DNA from: an uncultured Chloroflexota bacterium
Lineage (GTDB): Bacteria; Chloroflexota; Dehalococcoidia; SM23-28-2; RBG-16-64-32
DNA: 35,025 nt
NCBI GenBank assembly: GCA_913056415.1
Contig: CAJXNA010000001.1
Coordinates: 1 to 35,025 of the forward strand
Direction: 5' to 3'
Of the stretch, positions 9,188-17,556 are shown piece after piece; positions within the stretch are counted from its first letter, which is position 1, and each line of letters begins with the position of its first letter. Made by a program: the position numbers and the translations under genes. The notes under the pieces were generated by a model. It saw only the letters and a program-made list of their open reading frames with translations, made no database searches and was not told the DNA's origin.

Positions 9188-10927
9188 CTATCTTATCTCC
9201 GAAACGAGAACGGGCTCCTGGGGTGCGATCTTGAAATAGGCCAGCGCCTCTTGGGCTATGCGATCGAACGCTGGCGCCGCGACGACTGTGCCCCAGGGCA
9301 GCCCTTTCGGCTCATCGATCTTCACCATAACCACAATCTGAGGGTCCTCCAGCGGGGCGACGCCGGCGAAGGAGGAGATGTACGCCGTCTCCTTGTAGCC
9401 GCCCCCGGAAGCGATGTTGGCCGTGCCGGTCTTGCCGCCCACCTGGTAGCCCTGGATGTCCAGGAAGCTAGGCGAGAGTCCCTGCACTACAACGCCCATC
9501 ATGTCAAGTAGGGTGCGGGCGGTCTCAGGGCTCACCACCTGCCGTATCACCTCCGGCTCGCTGGTCTGCGTCCCATTAGGGCCGATAATCTCCTTCACCA
9601 GCATCGGCTTCATCAGCTTGCCGTCGTTAGCGAGGGCAGCCACGGCCATCGCCATCTGCAGGGGCGTGACGCTGATCCCCTGCCCGAAGCTGTTGGTCGC
9701 CATGTCCACCGGCCGCCAGTTAGAGGGGTCGTTTTCGGGGGTGCGAATGCGCCCGCCCACCTCGCCGCTCAGCCCCGAGCCGGTCGGCTCACCGAAGCCG
9801 AAGCGGTAGACGTAGTCGTAGAACTCCTCTGAGCCCACCTGCTGGGAGAGCCAGGCGGCGCCGGTGTTGAGGCTCTTGGCCAGGATCTGGGTGACCGTCT
9901 GGGAGCCGTTGGCGCTCAGGTCCCAGTTTCTGATGCTCCAGCCGCTGACCGGAAACACGCCTTCGTCGTACCACCACGTGTCGGGGGTCACGAGGCCCAG
10001 GTCGATGGCAGCGGCCATCGTTACCAGCTTGAACACCGAGCCGGGCTCGTACTGATCAGTGATAGCGCGGTTGCGGAAGAGCGCCAGCTTGGACTCATCG
10101 CTCAGGTCAAGCTTCGTGAGATCGAAGGTAGGCCGACTGGCCATGGCCAGAATAGCGCCCGTCTCCGGCTGGACGACGATGATGGTGCCGCCGCTGGCCT
10201 TGTGGTTCTTGATCGCCTTGTCCAGCTCCTGTTCCGCCATCCGTTGAATGAACCGGTCGATGGTGAGGACGACATCGGACCCGAGGAGCGGTGGTAGCTC
10301 ACTGCGGTCGCCCAGGGCTATCTGATTGCCCAGGCCGTCACGCTCAAAGACGACGGTGCCCCTGGCGCCGCCGATGATCTCGTCCAGGTCCGCCTCCAGC
10401 CCGGTGAGGCCGGTGTTATCCCGTCCTACGAAGCCCAGCAACTGGGCGGCGAGGTTGCCCTCCGGATAGACGCGGACGTTGCTCTTGAGGAGGCGCACCC
10501 CGGCCAGGCCTAGCTCGCGGATGCGGCTGGCTGCCTCGTAGTTCAGGTCGCGTGCCACGGCGATCTCATAGATGCTGGCTTCTCGGACGTCCGACACCAT
10601 CTTGGTCGGGTCGCCGTTTGTGATGCTGGAGATGACGCCTGCCGCCTCGCGGGCCTTCGTGACGCTCTCCCAGGCCTTCACCTCCACCATTACGTCGTAG
10701 GTGTTCTTGCTGGCCGCCAGAGGATAGCCGTTGCGGTCCAGGAGGGCGCCGCGGCGCCCGGTCACCGTCTCCTGAGCGACGTGGATGTTACGCGCCTCGG
10801 CTGCGTAGTAGTCGTGGTCCATGATCTGGAGCTGGACGAGACGGGCGACGATGACGAGAGTCGCCACCGCGATAACGGTTATCACGACCCCCAGACGCCA
10901 GTTCACTCCCCGCTTGCGTGACGCCAC
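9188..10927 (-). CDS. ftsI: class B penicillin-binding protein / peptidoglycan D,D-transpeptidase (FtsI-like)
   Basis: 579 aa with an N-terminal TM anchor. Transpeptidase triad SVFK (SxxK), SLN (SxN) and KTGT. Located after ftsL in the dcw cluster. Confidence 0.9.
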   Translation of the reverse strand: MASRKRGVNWRLGVVITVIAVATLVIVARLVQLQIMDHDYYAAEARNIHVAQETVTGRRGALLDRNGYPLAASKNTYDVMVEVKAWESVTKAREAAGVISSITNGDPTKMVSDVREASIYEIAVARDLNYEAASRIRELGLAGVRLLKSNVRVYPEGNLAAQLLGFVGRDNTGLTGLEADLDEIIGGARGTVVFERDGLGNQIALGDRSELPPLLGSDVVLTIDRFIQRMAEQELDKAIKNHKASGGTIIVVQPETGAILAMASRPTFDLTKLDLSDESKLALFRNRAITDQYEPGSVFKLVTMAAAIDLGLVTPDTWWYDEGVFPVSGWSIRNWDLSANGSQTVTQILAKSLNTGAAWLSQQVGSEEFYDYVYRFGFGEPTGSGLSGEVGGRIRTPENDPSNWRPVDMATNSFGQGISVTPLQMAMAVAALANDGKLMKPMLVKEIIGPNGTQTSEPEVIRQVVSPETARTLLDMMGVVVQGLSPSFLDIQGYQVGGKTGTANIASGGGYKETAYISSFAGVAPLEDPQIVVMVKIDEPKGLPWGTVVAAPAFDRIAQEALAYFKIAPQEPVLVSEIR

Positions 10928-10939
10928 GTTACTCCTTCT

Positions 10940-11371
10940 CTACGGCAAGGGCAGCCAATCCAGCAACTTCTTCCAGGCGCTGGGCTCGGCCTCTCGCTCG
11001 TCCGCTGTGGGCGGCAGGTAGCGGCTGGGGAGCCTGCGCGGCTCCGGCGCCTCCACCGGCACTGTGATGTAGCGTGTCTCCTTGGGCTCCACCATCTTGA
11101 GGCTCTCCCTAGCCTCATTCTCTATGCGACTGAGGCCGGCCATCGTAGCGACGTCCAGCTCCAGCTCCTGGATCTGGGCCTGCCAGTCGTCCCGTTGCTG
11201 CTCCAGCTGGCGGACGTTGCCGTTGGTGGTGGTGGCGATGCTGGACTGCACCAGCGGAATGAGGGCGGCGGCGCCGATCACCAGGGCGCTGATTATCAGG
11301 AGGGTAGGCATGTTGGGGGAGCGGAGAAGATCCGATACGATGTGTCTCCCTGTCCTCTGGATGGTCGCCAA
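10940..11371 (-). CDS. ftsL: FtsL/DivIC-like septum formation initiator (bitopic membrane protein with coiled coil)
   Basis: 143 aa. Single TM (PTLLIISALVIGAAALIPLV) followed by a heptad-like segment (LEQQRDDWQAQIQELELDV). The TTG start at 11371 abuts the rsmH stop and is preceded by GGAGGG 4 nt upstream. Canonical position between rsmH and the PBP gene. Confidence 0.65.
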   Translation of the reverse strand: MATIQRTGRHIVSDLLRSPNMPTLLIISALVIGAAALIPLVQSSIATTTNGNVRQLEQQRDDWQAQIQELELDVATMAGLSRIENEARESLKMVEPKETRYITVPVEAPEPRRLPSRYLPPTADEREAEPSAWKKLLDWLPLP

Positions 11372-12328
11372 TTATCCCTCCTGAAGCTTCTCTGCTGCTC
11401 GAAGGCGGGCGCTGCGGCTGCGCCGGTTGACGGCGACCTCCTCTTGCGAGGGACGCGCGGCGCCCTTCGTCACCAGCCTGAGGCGGGCGCGGTGGCCACA
11501 GGTGCAGGCCGGCGCCTCCGGTGGGCAGATGCAGTCGCGAGACTCGCGGCGCATGAACTGCTTTACGATGCGGTCCTCCAGCGAGTGGAAGGCGATGACG
11601 ACCAGTCGCCCGCCGCGACCCAGTACATCGATGGCCTGTCCCAGGGCGGAGGTGAGGGCGTTCAGTTCGTCGTTTACGGCGATGCGAAGGGCCTGGAAGG
11701 TGCGGGTCGCCGGGTGGATGCGGCGGCGGGCGCCGGCGGCGGCCCTGGGGATCACGGCCGCGAGCTCGGACGTCGTCGCCAGAGGGCGGGCCCCGACGAT
11801 GGCGCGGGCGATGCGCCTGCTGGCCGGCTCCTCGCCGTAGCGCCAGATGAGGTCGGCAAGGTCGCGCTCGCTGTAGGTGTTGACTATCTCGTCGGCGGTC
11901 ACGGTCTGGCTTTCGCCAAAGCGCATGTCCAGCGGCGCCTCCGCCTGGAAACTGAAGCCACGTCCTTCAGCGGAGAGCTGGTAAGACGAGACTCCCAGGT
12001 CGAACAGGACGCCGTGGACGAGTATGAAGTTCGTCTTACGGCAGACGGCTGCCAGGTCACGGAAGTTCGCTTGTGACAGCAGTACGGAGTCGGTGTGTGG
12101 TTGGAGCCGGGCGCGGGCTATCTCCAGCGCGGCGGCGTCGGCGTCGATGCCGAGGAGTAGGCCGCCGGGGGCGGCGGCCTCCAAGATGGCCAGAGAATGG
12201 CCACCGCCGCCCACCGTGCAGTCTACAAATCGGCCGCCGGGCTGGACAGACAGATAACGCAGGACCTCAGCCACCATAACCGGAGCGTGAATCTGGGTTT
12301 CGTTAGGGGGCAAGACTTGTGCAACCAC
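11372..12328 (-). CDS. rsmH: 16S rRNA (cytosine1402-N4)-methyltransferase
   Basis: 318 aa. SAM-binding DCTVGGGGHS motif and conserved VIAFHSLEDRIVK. Located after mraZ. Confidence 0.95.
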   Translation of the reverse strand: MVAQVLPPNETQIHAPVMVAEVLRYLSVQPGGRFVDCTVGGGGHSLAILEAAAPGGLLLGIDADAAALEIARARLQPHTDSVLLSQANFRDLAAVCRKTNFILVHGVLFDLGVSSYQLSAEGRGFSFQAEAPLDMRFGESQTVTADEIVNTYSERDLADLIWRYGEEPASRRIARAIVGARPLATTSELAAVIPRAAAGARRRIHPATRTFQALRIAVNDELNALTSALGQAIDVLGRGGRLVVIAFHSLEDRIVKQFMRRESRDCICPPEAPACTCGHRARLRLVTKGAARPSQEEVAVNRRSRSARLRAAEKLQEG

Positions 12329-12336
12329 CTTTCCCC

Positions 12337-12759
12337 TTACTCCAGCGTCTCCAGCTCGGCGGCGTAGGCCGCATCAACCTCTTCTAGCTCCTTCTCCCAC
12401 CGGTCGCTGTTCCAGACCTCCAGGCATTCGCGGCGACCGTTGATGATGACCGCCCCGTTGAGCTGGGCGGTCTCTCGGAGCTGTGCCGGAATCAGGATGC
12501 GTCCCTGACGGTCCAGCTCGGCGTCCCAGGAACGGGCGAAGAACCCGCGGCGCAACCGTCGACCTTTAAGGTGCGTCGCTGGCTCTGCCGTCACTAGATT
12601 TGACATCTCATCGAAGCCTTCCGGGGTGTATACCTCCAGACAGCCTTCCGGGCTCAGGGTGAGCACCACCCCTTCGGCGAACTCGTGGCGGTAGCGGGCC
12701 GGTATAGCTACACGACCGCGATCGTCCACCGTATGTTCGTACGCACCCCTAAAGGCCAT
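12337..12759 (-). CDS. mraZ: transcriptional regulator MraZ
   Basis: 140 aa with two SpoVT/AbrB-like repeats carrying DxxGR(V/I)xIP motifs (DDRGRVAIPARYR and DRQGRILIPAQLR). First gene of the dcw cluster. Confidence 0.93.
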   Translation of the reverse strand: MAFRGAYEHTVDDRGRVAIPARYRHEFAEGVVLTLSPEGCLEVYTPEGFDEMSNLVTAEPATHLKGRRLRRGFFARSWDAELDRQGRILIPAQLRETAQLNGAVIINGRRECLEVWNSDRWEKELEEVDAAYAAELETLE

Positions 12760-12854
12760 ATATCCCGCTTACCCTTCTGTGTGAGCGACGGTTGTGCTAG
12801 TATGGACCTGCTCGCTGCCGGCAGGCATGAGCGAAAAGAAAAATACGGGGAAAT

Positions 12855-12880
12855 CCCCACTCCTCCCCACTTCGCCCCAC
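12855..12880 (-). promoter_or_regulatory. putative MraZ operator: three direct GTGGGG repeats at 10-nt period
   Basis: The plus strand reads ccccac at 12855-60, 12865-70 and 12875-80. In mraZ orientation this is GTGGGGcgaaGTGGGGaggaGTGGGG, immediately downstream of the putative -10. It matches the known MraZ-box architecture of direct (T)GGG-type repeats at helical-turn spacing. Confidence 0.6.
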
Positions 12881-12908
12881 AGCATACCATTCGGACACCC
12901 ATTGTCAA
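12881..12908 (-). promoter_or_regulatory. putative sigma70-type promoter of the dcw operon
   Basis: In mraZ orientation: TTGACA (12908..12903), a 16-nt spacer, then TATGCT (12886..12881). This implies a ~115-nt leader before the mraZ ATG. Confidence 0.45.
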
Positions 12909-12961
12909 GCGCTTAAGCAATATTTTCGCCGCTATTTTGGGAACTCCCTCCTCCTCAAGAT

Positions 12962-13450
12962 ATGTCCTTCCTCGCCGGCATCCTGACCATCTCCACTAAG
13001 GGGGCCCGCGGCGAGCGCGAGGACACGTCCGGCGCCGCCATCCGGGAGATGCTCTCTACTCTGGACGCGGCCGTGGAGCGCTACGAGGTGATCCCCGACG
13101 ATAAAGCTTCCATTACTCAGCGACTCGTCGCCTGGGCGGACGAAGTCGGCCTGGAGCTGATCGTCACCACCGGCGGTACCGGCCTGGGGCCAAGCGACGT
13201 GACGCCCGAGGCCACGCGAGAGGCGATTGACTACGAAGCGCCGGGGCTGGCGGAGGCGATGCGCCTGGAGGGGCTGAAGCACACACCGATGGCGATGCTC
13301 AGCCGCGCCGTCGTCGGCGTGCGGGGGCGGACGTTGATCGTGAACCTGCCGGGCAGCCCTCGCGGCGTCCGTGAGAACCTCTCTGTGTTGCTGCCCGTCC
13401 TGCCGCACGCGTTGGAGACGCTGCGCGGGCAGACGGAGCACAAGGGCTAG
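12962..13450 (+). CDS. MogA/MoaB-family molybdenum cofactor biosynthesis protein
   Basis: 162 aa. ILTISTKGARGEREDTSG and TTGGTGLGPSDVTPEA motifs typical of the MoCF_biosynth (MogA/MoaB) fold. Confidence 0.85.
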   Translation: MSFLAGILTISTKGARGEREDTSGAAIREMLSTLDAAVERYEVIPDDKASITQRLVAWADEVGLELIVTTGGTGLGPSDVTPEATREAIDYEAPGLAEAMRLEGLKHTPMAMLSRAVVGVRGRTLIVNLPGSPRGVRENLSVLLPVLPHALETLRGQTEHKG

Positions 13451-13462
13451 GCGGTCGCCGTC

Positions 13463-14197
13463 ATGCGAATCGATCTGCTGACGATCTTCCCCGATATGTT
13501 TCGCGGTCCCTTCGACGAGTCGATCGTCAAGCGGGCGGTGGAGGGCGGCCTCGTCTCCATTAACCTGCACGACATCCGGCGATGGGCAGAGGACCGGCAC
13601 AAGACGGTGGATGACTACCCCTACGGCGGCGGGCCCGGCATGGTGATGAAGCCAGACGTTGTGTTCGCCGCGACGGAATCGGTGCTGGAGCTGGCGCCCC
13701 AGCGGGAGCCGGTCATCCTGCTCACGCCCGCCGGGCGGCGCCTCACTCATGAGATCGTCGTGGAGCTGGCGGCGAAGGAGCGGCTGGTCCTTATCTGCGG
13801 CCGCTACGAGGGGTTCGACGCCCGCGTGCACGAGCACCTGGCGACGGACGAGATCAGCATCGGCGATTTCGTGCTGTCCGGAGGCGAGCTGGCGGCGATG
13901 GCGCTGGTGGACGCCGTAGTGCGCCACATCCCAGGCGCCCTCGGCTCCCCTCAATCGACGGTGGAGGAATCGTTCGCCGAAGGGCTGCTGGAGGCGCCGC
14001 ACTACACGCGGCCGCCGGAGTTCCGCGGCTGGCCGGTGCCGGAGGTGTTGGTGTCAGGGAACCATGGTGAGGTGGCCAAGTGGCGGCGGCTACAGAACAT
14101 CCTCCTGACGGCGCGGCGGCGGCCGGAACTCCTCGCCTCGCTGGAGCTGACCGCGGAGGAGGGGGAGTGGCTTGCCCTTCAGTTAGGCGAACAGTAA
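13463..14197 (+). CDS. trmD: tRNA (guanine37-N1)-methyltransferase
   Basis: 244 aa. [14 protein letters not shown]-terminus, the YGGGPGMVM motif and [13 protein letters not shown]. Lies upstream of rplS as in many bacteria. Confidence 0.95.
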   Translation: MRIDLLTIFPDMFRGPFDESIVKRAVEGGLVSINLHDIRRWAEDRHKTVDDYPYGGGPGMVMKPDVVFAATESVLELAPQREPVILLTPAGRRLTHEIVVELAAKERLVLICGRYEGFDARVHEHLATDEISIGDFVLSGGELAAMALVDAVVRHIPGALGSPQSTVEESFAEGLLEAPHYTRPPEFRGWPVPEVLVSGNHGEVAKWRRLQNILLTARRRPELLASLELTAEEGEWLALQLGEQ

Positions 14198-14213
14198 ACT
14201 GGCCAAGGTTGCC

Positions 14214-14858
14214 ATGGACCTGAAATCGTTCGTTCAGCTCAAGAAGAACCCCAAGGTGCCGGACTTCCGCCCGGGCGATACCGTGCGGGTGATGGCCCGT
14301 GTCGTGGAGGGGGAGCGTGAGCGCGTTCAGGCGTTCGAGGGCGTGGTCATCCGCAAACGCCGCGGCGGGATCAACTCCAACTTCACGGTTCGTCGCGTGA
14401 GCCACGGTATCGGCGTTGAGCGGACGTTCATGCTGCACTCACCGCGCCTGGAGAGCGTAAAGGTGGTACGAGTGGGCCGCGTCCGACGCGCCAAGCTGTA
14501 CTACCTGCGCCAGTTGGTGGGCAAGAAGGCCCGCATCCGCGTCGGCTCCCGTGACCGCTTCGAGGAGCTGACGCGCGAACTGGCTGAGGAGGTGGCCGAC
14601 GAGGACGTCGGAGCGGCCGACGAGCTCGAGATCGAAGCCGAGGCGGCCGAAGAGGAAGAGGCGGAAGGCGAGGCTGAGGGCGAGGCGGAAGAGCCGGAGG
14701 GTGAAGCGGAGGCTGAGGAGCCTACAGCCGAGGCCGAGGAAGAGGCGAAGGCTGAGTCCGAGGAAGCCGAGGAAGTTGAGGAGCCCGCTGCCGAGGGAGA
14801 GGCTGAGCCCGAGGAAGCTGAGCCGAAGCCGGATGAGGAGAAGGCCTCCGCAGAGTAG
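14214..14858 (+). CDS. rplS: 50S ribosomal protein L19 with a ~100-aa acidic Glu/Ala-rich C-terminal extension
   Basis: Residues 1-~110 are canonical L19 (FRPGDTVRV..., RRAKLYYLR). Residues ~111-214 are low-complexity ([21 protein letters not shown]...). Confidence 0.93.
   Translation: MDLKSFVQLKKNPKVPDFRPGDTVRVMARVVEGERERVQAFEGVVIRKRRGGINSNFTVRRVSHGIGVERTFMLHSPRLESVKVVRVGRVRRAKLYYLRQLVGKKARIRVGSRDRFEELTRELAEEVADEDVGAADELEIEAEAAEEEEAEGEAEGEAEEPEGEAEAEEPTAEAEEEAKAESEEAEEVEEPAAEGEAEPEEAEPKPDEEKASAE
14574..14855 (+). repeat. low-complexity GAG/GCN-rich coding tract (poly-acidic tail of L19)
   Basis: Runs of gag/gaa/gcc/gcg/gct codons with no fixed repeat period. It lies in frame within rplS. 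Confidence 0.7.
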
Positions 14859-14879
14859 CGTATACTCACGAGGCGTGGC

Positions 14880-14906
14880 GCCGCCCTTTGGGGCGGCCTT
14901 TTGTTT
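14880..14906 (+). terminator. rho-independent terminator after rplS
   Basis: Stem GCCGCCC (14880-86), loop TTTG, stem GGGCGGC (14891-97), followed by cTTTTGTTT. It lies 22 nt after the rplS stop. Confidence 0.75.
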
Positions 14907-14959
14907 CCCGTGTGCCGTCCCCCCTTTCCACTTGTGACAGGCGCGGTGCTATAGTCGGC

Positions 14960-17434
14960 ATGGAGGTGCCGATGGCCTACGCTGAGGTCGCCGTCAACGC
15001 CGCGGCTCCCATCCGCCAGACGTTCACCTATCGCATTCCCGATGGCCTGTCGCTGCGCGTGGGGCACGCCGTCTACGTCCCCTTCGGGTCGCGCCGGCTT
15101 CAGGGGATCGTCATGGAGGTGACGGAGACGCCCGCCTTCGCCGACGCTCGCGACATCGAGGCCCTGATCGACCCCGAGCCGCTGATCTCGCCGGAGCGGG
15201 CGGCGCTCGCTCGCTGGCTGAGTGACCACTACCTGGCGCCGCTGTTCGATTGTCTGTCTCTCATGCTGCCGCCGGGGTTCAAGCGCAGGCCGCTGACCGT
15301 GCTGCGGCCGCTCGTATCGCTTGAGGAGCTGCCCGATCTTCGCCTCACGGACAGGCAGCGGGATGCGATGACATACCTGGTGTCGCAGGGGCAAACCGAG
15401 CAGGACCAGATGCAGAAAGCGCTGAAGCTGCGTAGCGTCGGCACGCTGGTGAACGCGCTCCTGCTGAAGGGGCTCATCGAGCGCGGCTACGAGCTGGCGC
15501 GGCCCCAGGTGCGACCGAAGGTGGTGCCCCATCTGCGGCTGCTGGTCTCCGCTGATGATGCCCTCCGGCGTGCGCGGTCGCTCCGGGAGGACGACAAATC
15601 GGCGGCATTACGGCGGGCGATGGTGTTGGAGACGTTGGCGGAGGAAGGCCCGCTTCCCCTCGCTGAGCTGCGCCCACGGGGGCTGACGCCGGCCGTCCTG
15701 CGCGACCTGCAGGCAGAGAGTCTGGTGGCGGCGGAGGACGTCACTGTGGTGCGCGATCCCCTGGCCGGCCGCGACTATCCACAGCGGGCAGCGCCCGCCC
15801 TCACCGAGGAGCAGGAGCGGGCGTACAGGCGCATCGAGGAGGCGCTGGAGGACGGCGGACACGCTCAGACGTTCCTGCTGCACGGCGTTACCGGCAGCGG
15901 CAAGACGGAGGTGTACCTGCAGGCGCTGGAGCGGGTGGTCGCGCTCGGCAAGAGGGCGATCGTGCTGGTGCCGGAGATATCGCTGACGCCGCAGACGGTG
16001 CGCCGGTTCGGGGAGCGGTTCCCGGATCAGGTGGCGGTGATGCACAGCGGCCTATCGCTGGGGGAGCACTTCGATATGTGGCACGAGGTGCGGGCCGGCC
16101 GCTACGCGGTGGTCATCGGGCCGCGCGGCGCCCTGTTCGCGCCGCAGCCCGACCTGGGGCTGGTGGTGATGGACGAGGAGCACGAATGGACGTACAAGCA
16201 GCAAGAGGGGTCGCCGCGATACCATGCCCGCCTGGCCGCTGAGGAGCTCTGCCGCCTGACCGGCGCCGTCCTCGTCCTCGGCTCCGCTACGCCGGACGTG
16301 GAGAGCTACTTCCGCTCCACCGCCGGTGGATCGTACCGGCTGCTGGAGCTTTCCCAGCGCCTGCAAAGAACGGAATCCGGCGGCGTCGCGCCCGGCCCGC
16401 TGCCGGAGGTGGAGGTGGTGGACCTCCGTGAGGAGCTCAAGGCCGGCAACCGCAGCATCTTCAGCCGTTCCCTGGACGCCGCCGTCCGCGGCGCGCTCTC
16501 CGCCGAAGAGCAGGTGATCCTGTTCCTCAACCGTCGTGGCACAGCGTCGTTCCTCCAGTGTCGCGATTGCGGCCACGTGCCAACCTGCTCCTCGTGCGCC
16601 GTGTCCTTCACCCTCCACTCCGCCTCGGGCGGAGAGAACCGGCTGGTCTGCCACTACTGTCGCCGCGCCCGGGTCGCTCCTTCGGGTTGTCCAGAGTGCG
16701 GCAGCCCCCGCATCCGCCTGCTGGGGCTGGGTACGGAGCGGGTGGAGGAGGAGGCGCGCAACGCCTTCCCCGGCGCCCGCACCCTGCGCTGGGACCGCGA
16801 CGTCACCCGCGGCCGCGACGCCCACGAGCGCATCCTGGCTCGCTTCCTGGCGCACGAGGCGGATATCCTCATCGGCACGCAGATGGTGGCGAAGGGCCTG
16901 GATATGCCATTGGTCACTCTGGTGGGTGTGATCTCCGCCGACACCTCCCTTCGCTTCCCCGACTACCGCTCCGGAGAGCGCACGTTCCAGCTCCTGGAGC
17001 AGGTGGCGGGCCGGGCCGGGCGCGGGCCGCGCGGCGGCCGTGTGATCATTCAGACCTACTCCCCGGAGCACTACGCCGTGGCGGCGGCCGCCCAGCACGA
17101 CTACCACGCCCTGTACCAGCGCGAGATCGAGTTCCGGCAGCGGCTGGGTTATCCGCCCTTTGGGCGGCTGGCGCGACTGATCTTCGCCCACACGAACGAG
17201 CGCTACGCCCAGGAGCAGGCGGCGCAGATGGTGCGGCACCTCTGCGGCGAGCGGGATAGTCGCGGCCTGCCCAACCTGGACGTGCTTGGGCCGGGGCCGG
17301 CCTTCGTGCCCAGGCTGCGTGGCCGCTGGCGCTGGCAAGTCGTAGTCCGCGGCCAGAACCCGACGGAGCTTCTGGCGGAGGTGGCGTTTCCCCGCGGCTG
17401 GACGGTAGATATAGACCCTGTCACGCTGCTGTGA
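14960..17434 (+). CDS. priA: primosomal replication restart helicase PriA
   Basis: Walker A GVTGSGKT, DEEH box (VMDEEHE) and Cys-rich zinc motifs (CRDCGH..CSSC...CHYC...CPECGS). The track ORF starts at 14888, inside the rplS terminator. I prefer ATG 14960 (MEVPMAYAEVAV...) or ATG 14972. Confidence 0.9.
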   Translation: MEVPMAYAEVAVNAAAPIRQTFTYRIPDGLSLRVGHAVYVPFGSRRLQGIVMEVTETPAFADARDIEALIDPEPLISPERAALARWLSDHYLAPLFDCLSLMLPPGFKRRPLTVLRPLVSLEELPDLRLTDRQRDAMTYLVSQGQTEQDQMQKALKLRSVGTLVNALLLKGLIERGYELARPQVRPKVVPHLRLLVSADDALRRARSLREDDKSAALRRAMVLETLAEEGPLPLAELRPRGLTPAVLRDLQAESLVAAEDVTVVRDPLAGRDYPQRAAPALTEEQERAYRRIEEALEDGGHAQTFLLHGVTGSGKTEVYLQALERVVALGKRAIVLVPEISLTPQTVRRFGERFPDQVAVMHSGLSLGEHFDMWHEVRAGRYAVVIGPRGALFAPQPDLGLVVMDEEHEWTYKQQEGSPRYHARLAAEELCRLTGAVLVLGSATPDVESYFRSTAGGSYRLLELSQRLQRTESGGVAPGPLPEVEVVDLREELKAGNRSIFSRSLDAAVRGALSAEEQVILFLNRRGTASFLQCRDCGHVPTCSSCAVSFTLHSASGGENRLVCHYCRRARVAPSGCPECGSPRIRLLGLGTERVEEEARNAFPGARTLRWDRDVTRGRDAHERILARFLAHEADILIGTQMVAKGLDMPLVTLVGVISADTSLRFPDYRSGERTFQLLEQVAGRAGRGPRGGRVIIQTYSPEHYAVAAAAQHDYHALYQREIEFRQRLGYPPFGRLARLIFAHTNERYAQEQAAQMVRHLCGERDSRGLPNLDVLGPGPAFVPRLRGRWRWQVVVRGQNPTELLAEVAFPRGWTVDIDPVTLL

Positions 17435-17495
17435 GGCGACGCTAGCGCGTAGATTCGCTAGAATTGGGTCAAGCCACTACCTGTTCAATCAGGTG

Positions 17496-17511
17496 CCCCG
17501 ACAGGTCGGGG
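17496..17511 (+). promoter_or_regulatory. small GC hairpin overlapping the Shine-Dalgarno region of def
   Basis: CCCCGAC (17496-502), AG, GTCGGGG (17505-511). The 3' arm overlaps GGGGAGGTG (17508-516). Function unknown; it may mark the priA transcript end or occlude the ribosome binding site. Confidence 0.3.
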
Positions 17512-17556
17512 AGGTGCTAGCTGTCTGTTCAACCCATCCGCATAGCGGGCGACCCG

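Noticed and set aside
12932-14002. 356-aa minus-strand ORF antisense to the MogA/MoaB and trmD genes
   Set aside because: It is Arg/Pro/His/Gln-rich low-information sequence lying fully antisense to two well-supported genes. This is a typical high-GC shadow ORF.
14574-14855. Repetitive GAG/GCN tract considered as a tandem repeat or CRISPR-like array
   Set aside because: It has no constant repeat unit or spacer structure. It is in frame within rplS and is codon-level low complexity.
14888-14959. Track start of priA at 14888
   Set aside because: It would begin inside the rplS terminator hairpin and add a non-conserved 24-aa leader. PriA proteins start near the M(A)YAEVAV motif at 14960 or 14972.
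14501-17338. Long minus-strand ORFs (14501..15532, 343 aa; 16052..17338, 428 aa; others) antisense to rplS and priA
   Set aside because: They carry no recognisable motifs and have Arg/Ala/Gly/Pro-biased composition. They overlap genes with clear catalytic signatures, so they are shadow ORFs.
17436-17464. TAGATT/TAGAAT hexamers after priA as a def promoter, and TAGAAT upstream of both selB start copies as a -10 box
   Set aside because: The -35 matches are poor (GCGACG). For the proximal selB copy the hexamer is only 4 nt from the ATG. This is plausible but unsupported without transcription-start data.
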